A stretch of DNA of 59,995 nucleotides, filler included. It is 9 parts of 9 records of this genome, joined end to end, with 100 filler letters (N's around TTAATTAATTAA, not from the genome) between each part and the next. Parts side by side here need not be neighbours in the genome. Positions count along the whole stretch, not along the records: positions 52,462 to 59,995 come from SRR31147125_45994; 8 more parts are not named here. One strand, given 5' to 3'. The notes beneath the pieces are model-generated. The model did no database searches. It saw only the letters and a program-made list of their open reading frames with translations, and was not told the DNA's origin. Each line of letters begins with the position of its first letter. Within the stretch, counting starts at the first letter, position 1. Positions 52,462 through 59,995 of this stretch are shown piece by piece. The position numbers and the translations under genes were made by a program.

Positions 52462-52637
52462 AGGATCCCATGCAATATGAGACTTCAAAGCCACTTCAGT
52501 AAGGCCGAGATCTTCGAACTCCGAAGGTATGTAATTTGTCGCATGCTCGCACACCAGGACAAACTCTCCTGGTCCTGAGGGGTTGATAATCAATGCGCCC
52601 CCCCCATGTTTTTCCGAAATTCAGTGTCTTTTCTCAT
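52462..52637 (-). CDS. N-formylglutamate amidohydrolase family, N-terminus (frameshift at C8 52598-52605; 3'-truncated)
   Basis: Manual translation (absent from ORF track): INPSGPGEFVLVCEHATNYIP..FEDLGL....LKSHIAWDP. Confidence 0.8.
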
Positions 52638-52823
52638 TTCATTCACGGTAAATGAGTTCACGCCCCACATCTATCAACGTAATCGTTATCGGTGCATGTT
52701 TTTCCTTACGATGCTTGTCTTTACAATGTTCACAGAGCTAAAACTTTACCCATAATGTAACAACAGGCAGTAGCAGACTGATCATAGCGGAGTGGAACAT
52801 ACATGTGCCACGTTCTCGGCCCG

Positions 52824-53618
52824 TTAGATCGGCGAAACCTTGAACCGTCTGTTCTGGAGACAAGGGTTCTTTTTCCGGACATCTACAATCCGAGAAGGGA
52901 GAATATCCCTTGTTAGGGTCGAGGCAGTCTCTCCGATTTCGCCAACGACGACACCCATCGGATCCACCAAGAGACTACCTCCCGTTGAAATTGGTGGTGC
53001 TTGGCAGACTGATGCCATGAAAATGGTATTCTCGATGGCACGAGCTCTGGAGAGTACCTTCCAATGGTCTTCCTTTCTAATTCCTGGCGTCCATGAGGCG
53101 GGTAAAACCGCGACTTCCACACCGGCGTCCACTAGGAAACGACACATCTCCGGAAATCGAATGTCATAGCAAGTCATGACTCCAAAGCGTATTCCCTGGA
53201 CGTCAAAAATACAAGGATCACTATGCTCTCCAGGCCGAACAATGTCGGACTCGCGATAACCAAAAGCGTCGTACAAGTGTAGCTTGCGGTACTTTGCAAT
53301 GTCATGACCGTCGGAGCCAACTACTACTACGGTATTGTAAGCTCGCCCCTCATCGGGAACCTCCTCTAATACACCTGCAACTAACACTATTTCAAATTCT
53401 TTGGCGATTTCTCGAAGCCCAGTGCAGAAATCACCATCCAGCGGCTCTGAAGCTGATACAAAACTTTGATCAAGTATTGTGTGTTCGAACATCGTGAATT
53501 CAGGGAAAATGACGAGATCGGAACCCTCACCTACCGCCTCGGCGACCATCTGTCTAACCATTTCGAGATTTTTCGTCTTGTCAAAGCCCGAACTGATTTG
53601 TGCCATTGTTATCTTCAT
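52824..53618 (-). CDS. Carbon-nitrogen hydrolase (Nit1/YbeM-like amidase)
   Basis: Catalytic triad motifs FPE, YRKLHLYD and CYDIRFPE, plus RARAIEN. Confidence 0.92.
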   Translation of the reverse strand: MKITMAQISSGFDKTKNLEMVRQMVAEAVGEGSDLVIFPEFTMFEHTILDQSFVSASEPLDGDFCTGLREIAKEFEIVLVAGVLEEVPDEGRAYNTVVVVGSDGHDIAKYRKLHLYDAFGYRESDIVRPGEHSDPCIFDVQGIRFGVMTCYDIRFPEMCRFLVDAGVEVAVLPASWTPGIRKEDHWKVLSRARAIENTIFMASVCQAPPISTGGSLLVDPMGVVVGEIGETASTLTRDILPSRIVDVRKKNPCLQNRRFKVSPI

Positions 53619-53918
53619 ATCCAATCTCCACCTCAGAATTGTTCCGCTACAGGACAGAGTGGCTCCTTCTTTATTGAGCGTCACTACTCCAGTTATAATG
53701 GATACAATTGCATCGCTTTACCCCTTCAAACGACTCAGCTATTACCCTCGACGCTTCAAAGCTTGCTATGCAAGACCTAGAACTTTTCTTGTTTATTTCC
53801 GACGTTCCAGTCAACTGGCCACGCTTTTCGTATTTCATAGGCTTTGCAATCAGATCCATAGTCCTGTATCAGAGTTTAGCTGTTTTCCAATACAACCAAC
53901 AGTAATCAGGGCCATCAT

Positions 53919-54586
53919 TTAATTCATCGAATCGGAAATTATCTTACTAGCGCCCGTGATCTCTCCTAAAGCTATGCCGGAACGCATCTCTTTCAAAAGT
54001 TCGATTTCGGCTATTTGCATTTCGATGGCACGTTTGGCCACTTCCGAGGCAAGTTCCGGACGCAGTACAATCACACCACTTTCGTCAGCAAGAATCGCAT
54101 CACCGGGTTGTACCGTTTGGTTACCCACAGAGACAGGCACATTGAATTCGCCGGCGATCCCTAGAAGCTTGGTGGTGATTGAGGATCGTCCCCGGCTCCA
54201 TATCGGGAATTTTAGTTTTTCGATCTCGCAAATATCAGTGACGGGGCCATCGACTATGACTCCGGCAATACCCTGATGATCAGCAGCGTGAGTCATCACG
54301 CCCCCCAACATGCGTGGCGGTCATCGCCGCAACGGTCAATTACCAGCACATCACCTGTCCGTAGCTTTGAAATGATGTGATGTAAAAGGGTCGAGTCCAT
54401 CCCCGCGATTTTCACGGTCACTGCAGTTCCGACAATACGCTGGGTGTGTTCCACCGGTAGTATATCTCGCGCCATGAAAGCTCCGTGCAGAAAATGTCCT
54501 ATCGTGGCAGTTTCACAGTCCGATAACTGTGCCAGAATCTCCGTGTTAATCTGTTTCGGCATTGTGCCGATGTGAAAACCTTGCAT
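53919..54586 (-). CDS. RraA/HMG-aldolase family protein (frameshift at C6 54302-54307)
   Basis: Motifs GTAVTV, GDVLVID, ACWG(G), DGPVTD and PGDAILADESGV. Confidence 0.88.
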
Positions 54587-54597
54587 ACCTCTACTCC

Positions 54598-55323
54598 TCA
54601 AATCTGTGCTAAAAGCGTTTCGAGCCCGGTGCGCATGACAGCGTGCTCCATCATAACGACTTGCATATCGACTCCGTTGAGTTGGTTGTGTTCGCGCTCC
54701 TTTGGACTAGTTGCTGCCGCCCAAAAAAGCTTACCAGCTGCCTTTGCCGCTGCCGCAACCCTGGTGGCATCTGCGCGATCACCCTCTTCATAAGAATAAT
54801 TCCCCCGGCCGGAACTCAGCGATAGGTCATAAGGACCGAGGAATAGCCCGTCAACGCAGTCCAGCGCGGCAATAGACTCGACCTCGGCCATAGCAGTCGC
54901 GGCTTCAATCATTGGCAGAATCAACAATCGGTTGTCAGCCCGAGAGAAATAATCATCTGTCGCGGCCGCAAATCCGCTAACCCTTCCACCTGAGTAGCTT
55001 CGGGTACCGCGGGGTGGATACTTCCCCGAGCCGCAAACAAGGCGCGCATGTTCCAGCCCCTCTATATGGGGAATGATTAATCCATCAACTCCAAGGTCCA
55101 ACGCTTGCTGAACGTGGAACTCGGTCGGCCATTCTATTTTGAAGAAAACCTTCATTCCGAATTTTTGAGCCAGCACGACAAAACTCGTGCGATCTGCTAG
55201 TGGAAAAGGATTGTGTTCGATATCGACGACCACGTTGGAACACTCCAACTGGCTGGCTATCTCAATGAGATCGATGTTCAGGGACGAGAGCCAGAGGGCA
55301 GTATCGTTACGAAATTTTCTCAT
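54598..55323 (-). CDS. HpcH/HpaI aldolase family protein
   Basis: Motifs DIEH, ALDLG..G..IP, YPP.GTRS, MIE and GPYDLS, with a GGAGG RBS. Confidence 0.9.
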   Translation of the reverse strand: MRKFRNDTALWLSSLNIDLIEIASQLECSNVVVDIEHNPFPLADRTSFVVLAQKFGMKVFFKIEWPTEFHVQQALDLGVDGLIIPHIEGLEHARLVCGSGKYPPRGTRSYSGGRVSGFAAATDDYFSRADNRLLILPMIEAATAMAEVESIAALDCVDGLFLGPYDLSLSSGRGNYSYEEGDRADATRVAAAAKAAGKLFWAAATSPKEREHNQLNGVDMQVVMMEHAVMRTGLETLLAQI

Positions 55324-55570
55324 GTAAAACCTCCTGTGATTAGCTAGTACAACAATCGTGTTGTCACCAGCGACCAGTCCATGGAGCTGTGTGCCATTCG
55401 TACACAGTGACTCCAAAAAACGTGCAATATTTGAGTGTTCAACTATATCGGGGTGTTCCTTCTAACGTACATCACAGATGAATCTATCAAGTACGGCCAT
55501 ATTGGTGCCCTTGTCACCGCATGATCCAAATTGAATAACGGGAAGTTTGGTTTGGGCATATCGAAACTCA

Positions 55571-56856
55571 TTACCTTGCTCCCATAATCAGATTGGGCAG
55601 ATAGAGAGAAACTTCTGGAATAAAGGCCACAATCAGGAGCGCTCCGATCAATGGGATAAGAAAGGGGAGAACCGCCTTTGCCAAAACCTCGAAGGGTTGT
55701 TTTGTGATGTCCATCATTACATAAAGTGCGATCCCCAGGGGCGGTGTAAGGATGCCGATCATCAGCGTAAAGACCGTAACGATACCGAAGTGCACGCGAT
55801 CAATGCCAAGCGCATCTACAATAGGCAAAACAACCGGCATGAGGATGATCATTGCGCCAAGCGTGTCAAAGATCATCCCCAGCACTAGGAAAAAGGAGAT
55901 GTAGATCAGTATGAATACCCACTGCTGATCAATGTTGGTCAAAGTGAGCTCTGCCAGCATCTGTGGCGTCTGGGTGATCGCCAGTACCCACCCGATGATC
56001 CTGGAAAAGCCAAGCATTAAAATGACCATAACACTTAGATAAACGGTATCCCTTGCGGCCTTGACCAGCTTCGCCCAGGTCAAGGTGCGGTAGTACAATC
56101 CCAGGAACAGGGTATAAAAACAGGTGATGACGCCTGCCTCTGATGCTGTCGCGATACCGGTCAACATGCAGATCAAAATGATTACCGGTGCAGCCATGGC
56201 GAGGAAGCCGTCAAGGGCAGTGGCACGCACTTGCAGAAAGCTGGCACGCGGTTCAACCGGAAAGGATTTGATCCGTGCCAGAACCGCCACATATAACATG
56301 AGTCCGAAGGTGATCACCAGAGCAGGTAGAATGCCAGCCAGAAAAGGCGTCCAACGCTTTCCGTTGCCACATAAGCATAAATGAGCAATGGAATCGATGG
56401 TGGAAAAATCGGTCCGATGATCGAAGACGCCGCAGTGACTGCACCCGCGAATTGCGGCGTGTAACCACGAGCTTTCATCGCTTTGACCTCAACCGTGCCA
56501 AGTGCGGCGCAATCGGCCACTGCGGCGCCGGAGATTCCCGAAAAAAAGAGCGACGCAACCACGTTCACCTGTGCGAGCCCTCCACGCAGATGACCAACCA
56601 GCATTGTGGCAAAATTGAAGATCCGATCCGTCATCTCAAGAGCGTTCAGCAAATTACCCGCAAGGATAAAGAACGGGATTGCCAGCAAGGCTGCGTTGTC
56701 GACACCTTGCAGAATCTGCTGCGGCGCTATGAACAGCGAATTTCCATACCCCGCGATATACATGCCACCCACACCCGCGAGACCAATTGCGGCAACAATC
56801 GGCACAGCCAGCAATACGAGCACAAGAAAAATGGCAATTATTCCTAAACCGGCCAT
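55571..56856 (-). CDS. dctM: TRAP transporter large permease (frameshift near 56342-56346)
   Basis: Motifs LAIPFFILAG, SGAAVAD, IGPIFPPSIP, TASEA and TPPLG. Confidence 0.92.
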
Positions 56857-56859
56857 ATA

Positions 56860-57387
56860 TCAGATCTCCACTTCACCGAAGGCTTGGAACGGCTTGGTAC
56901 CTATCGCGATGCCTACACATTGAACTAGCGCGTTCAGACCTACAAAAAACAGGGCCGCGACCAATGGAGCGGAAAGCCAGAACCGCGGGATTCCGACAAT
57001 CTCGATAATGCCAGCCTGAAGGCCCATAAAGCGCTTCATGGTCAGAAGCATTATGATTGTCAAAAACGCGATGAGTAAATGTACGAAAAAGCCCAATCCA
57101 CGGTTCAAACCTGCCGGCAGATATCGCACTACGACGTAGATCGAGACATCCTTACGCTCACGATAAAGCGGGAAAAAGCCGATAAAGACCCACCAAACAA
57201 ACAACGTCATGGTCCAGGGCCAGACACCCTCGTGCGAATAATTAAAAACACTTCGAGTGAAGATATTCACACCGTTTATCAGAAGCATGACCACGAGGAG
57301 GATCATCGCTGCATATTCAAACGGCCGAGCAATTATCCCAAGCCATTTATCTGTGATTTTGATCAGTTTTCGCATCTCGTTGATCAA
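56860..57387 (-). CDS. dctQ: TRAP transporter small permease
   Basis: Four TM helices, located between dctP and dctM. Confidence 0.85.
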   Translation of the reverse strand: MINEMRKLIKITDKWLGIIARPFEYAAMILLVVMLLINGVNIFTRSVFNYSHEGVWPWTMTLFVWWVFIGFFPLYRERKDVSIYVVVRYLPAGLNRGLGFFVHLLIAFLTIIMLLTMKRFMGLQAGIIEIVGIPRFWLSAPLVAALFFVGLNALVQCVGIAIGTKPFQAFGEVEI

Positions 57388-58384
57388 CGAGTGGCTTCCA
57401 CGACCTCCAGGAACTTAGCCGGAAGTTCCCCGGATGCAGCTCTCTCAGCATAGAGTTTCGAAACACGCTCAACAAAAGGCCTGGTGTCGAGTTCTACGTA
57501 AGTTACTCCTTTGTCCTGTAGGCGGGCGAGAGATTCTTTCGTGAGAGAATTCACTACTTCGTGACTGTAAGTTCCGGCCTCGTTGTAAGCGCGCAAAACC
57601 GCTGTTTGATGCTCAGGAGTAAGCGCATCGAGAGCGGCTTTGTTTGTCATTAATGCGAGAGCTTGGCTGAACTCGTCGGTGCGCGCCACATGCGGTGCAA
57701 CCTCAGTAAACTTCATGGATTCGACCAGCGAAACGGGCGAGGTAACGGCCTCGACAATCCCGGTTTGGATCGACTGATAAACGTCATTCCAACCAAGTAC
57801 ACGCACCTCTGCACCAAGGGCCCCCCAGACATCAACCACCAGCGCGTTGTCCCAGATACGGAGTTTGAGATCTTCGATATCCTTCAATGAACCAACCGGA
57901 GACTTCGACACGAGAACCCTGTATGGCCCCCGAATTATCGGGCCGACATCGCCAATGACTGTGACGCCAGCAGCTTTTTCCGCTTCGGCAACTAGGCTAT
58001 CCATGTATTCCGTCTTCCAAAACCGCAGAAGGTGGTCGCGGTTTTCGAACAAAAAGGCGCGCCGGTCCAGGTAATCGTAGGCGACCATTTGTTCAGGTAC
58101 GACACATCATCACAATAGATTTGGATTGCACCAGCGCTGAGTTGCTCCAGGGACGCCTGAGCTTTGCCCAGCTGTTCTGACGGAAAAAGTTGAATTGTCA
58201 ATTCGCCACCAGTGTACTCTTTCACCAACTCAGCGAATTTCTGAAAAATCTTCCCATCCGGTGATTCCATGGGCGCCTTGAAGGCCATTTTCCAAGTTTC
58301 GGCTTGCACCGGCACCATGCTGCCGATGATGACAACCGACGCAATCAAGATACCGGCCAATGCTCTCGAAGATAGTCCTAACAT
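57384..58384 (-). CDS. dctP: TRAP substrate-binding protein (frameshift near 58051-58055)
   Basis: Signal peptide, FPSEQLG, LKLR, LGA and VYQSIQTGIVE. Confidence 0.9.
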
Positions 58385-58517
58385 AGTCCATTCCCTCCTT
58401 GTAGAGTTTCAATAGAGTTTCAGGTTCTTTCAAATATAGATAAACCATTGATAAAAACAAGTTTCTTTTTGTTTGCAAATGTGATAACTAAAAGTATGAT
58501 TTATGATGAGGTAACAA

Positions 58518-59405
58518 ATGAGTGAAATCCAGAATCTGCGAACCTTGATTGTCGTTGCTGAAGTCGGTAGTTTTCACCGTGCCAGCAAAATCCTGAACAT
58601 CTCGCAACCTGCGGTTTCAAAGAGAATTCGCGTTTTGGAAGCCAGTTTCGACTGCAAGCTTATTGATCACAGTCAGCATAGATGCTGCTTGACCGATAAT
58701 GGCAGGACAGTCGTTAACGAAGGTGCGGGAATCATCGAATCCTACACACGGTTGCGGCGGCTTACGTCTCAAGGTGAGAAGGCCTTTCAACGACTTGAAC
58801 TTGGTGTGATCGAAAGCGTTATAATGTCATGGTTTCCACGCTTCATGATCGAACTACGCAAAGTGTACGGTAATATCGACATCAATATGGACTGCAGCCC
58901 AACGGCGGATCTGGAAAAAAGGCTAATCAGTCGCGAGATTGATATGGCGTTCATGCTCGGTCCTTCCAATGACGGTCGGATTGTGTCTATACCAACCAAT
59001 TCTGTCAGATGCTGCTTTGTGGGACCGAAAAACGTCGAAATTACATCTGACATTACCGAACTGTCAAAGAGCGGTCTTTCATTAATTACACTCCCTAGAG
59101 GATCCCGCCCCCATACAGATCTTTTGTTTGCCCTCAAAGAAAAAAACATACACCAACAGTTTAAGTATATTTCCACAAACTCGGTAGGAACACTTTTGAA
59201 CTTGGTCCGCTTGGGTCTTGGTGTAGGCGTAATACCGCATGATCTTATTACAAACAAGGACCTCAAAGAAATTGATTTCGGTATTCCTGTACCGGAATTG
59301 AGATATGCAGGTTGCTACCTTAAGTCCCGTATCAATCCGATTTATTCAGATCTTTGCCAACTTGCGGTCCGCGTTGCCCGAAGCCATCAGAGATATGACA
59401 GCTGA
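58518..59405 (+). CDS. LysR-family regulator, divergent from the TRAP operon
   Basis: HTH motif GSFHRASKILNISQPAVSKRIRVLE. Confidence 0.93.
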   Translation: MSEIQNLRTLIVVAEVGSFHRASKILNISQPAVSKRIRVLEASFDCKLIDHSQHRCCLTDNGRTVVNEGAGIIESYTRLRRLTSQGEKAFQRLELGVIESVIMSWFPRFMIELRKVYGNIDINMDCSPTADLEKRLISREIDMAFMLGPSNDGRIVSIPTNSVRCCFVGPKNVEITSDITELSKSGLSLITLPRGSRPHTDLLFALKEKNIHQQFKYISTNSVGTLLNLVRLGLGVGVIPHDLITNKDLKEIDFGIPVPELRYAGCYLKSRINPIYSDLCQLAVRVARSHQRYDS

Positions 59406-59662
59406 GAGGCATAGATTTCTACCAAATTCTCACCGATCACATTGCCATCAATATCCGATAGTCGGACATCACCTGGCTCCTCTTCTAAATTTAGGTTCTG
59501 TTCACAACATTAACGTTTCTAGTCGCACTAAAGTGACACCAGGAAGGCCCCTTGACGTGTTCGCAAGTAATATTGCTGTGCAACACACCTAATTGTGAGC
59601 AGTTTTTTCAGAAGAACGTGGAAACACTCCATCATATTTAGAGATTGAAAACAGTCCGTTTT

Positions 59663-59995
59663 TCACCCGCCAGCTTTGACACACAATTCTGTACGCAGCA
59701 TCGGGAGTCGTTTTTCTAGCTGCTTTCTCCACAATATCAAAGGCACATTTGCCAATCCATACACATACCTCCTTTCGTTTTCGTTTTGAGTAGTTGAATC
59801 GCGGTCTGTCGAAAAACCGCTTGCAGGAGTTATCCCCCCCAGTCTTCTTCTATTGATATAATTGAGATCATGAACGGCAAGTTCAACACAGCGCGTAAGT
59901 TCCGCAAACGTCGCGGCATCTGCATATTGTTGTCTCAACTTTCACTAAATTTCACCTAGTTCATGCTCATCCAGCGTTTTATGGACGGTGGTCGG
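59663..59995 (-). pseudogene. Possible transposase/integrase-core remnant
   Basis: ELAVHDLNYINRRRLGGITPA resembles the C-terminus of an rve core (N..R..L...TP). The upstream frame is interrupted. Confidence 0.35.

Noticed and set aside
6306-58055. Many split genes (tnaA, HAD, receiver, foldase, activase, chaperone, FGase, RraA, dctM, dctP) as programmed frameshifts, phase variation or pseudogenes
   Set aside because: Almost all breaks fall in short 4-8 nt homopolymers, occur across unrelated genomes, and leave both halves intact. This is the pattern of homopolymer sequencing error, and read-level checking would be needed to claim otherwise.

Overview
This window is not one locus. It is nine unrelated contigs joined by 100-nt artificial spacers (N-run + TTAATTAATTAA + N-run). 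Taxon labels are impressions from gene content and base composition. (1) 1-5287, AT-rich, Clostridia-like: abrB, a degenerate 2H-phosphoesterase/DUF3006 fusion, a Zn peptidase, PHP, signal peptidase I, DUF951, an alpha/beta hydrolase lacking its nucleophile, and a dGTPase. (2) 5388-12281, FCB/KSB1-like: tryptophanase, HAD phosphatase, secreted cargo proteins and two PorV-like barrels. (3) 12382-18983: PAS kinase, CheR, receiver, pilin-like, RCC1 and Gly-rich genes. (4) 19084-27074: T9SS-type cargo, a GlpA-like oxidoreductase pair, a foldase-like lipoprotein, a GntR-NagD fusion and an MFS transporter. (5) 27175-33040: a glycosylation island with decayed genes, then an AEC transporter. (6) 33141-38230, Bacteroidales-like: a NuoF / Fe-S flavoprotein / PQQ-propeller / GT4 operon. 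(7) 38331-44846, Desulfobacterota-like: glycyl-radical activase, small Cys4 protein, thioesterase, FabH and adenylate cyclase. (8) 44947-52361: PorV/FN3, a sigma54 activator and a chaperone-usher-like pilus operon. (9) 52462-59995: a LysR-TRAP catabolic cluster. About a dozen genes are split, nearly all at homopolymers, which most likely reflects sequencing error. The most striking signal is in contig 6. A four-helix-bundle (23S-rRNA-IVP/Avd-like) gene sits inside the operon between inverted arrays of 7-nt repeats, which begin at the upstream stop codon and end at the downstream start codon. The next two intergenic spacers carry an ORF-less and a half copy of the same heptad architecture with different unit sequences, suggesting an intervening-sequence-like mobile or regulatory element in mRNA. 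Other notable items are an orphan CheR with a CheZ/FliM-like CheY-binding tail, a GltD-like subunit with its NADPH domain deleted, and a sigma54-driven uncharacterised pilus operon.
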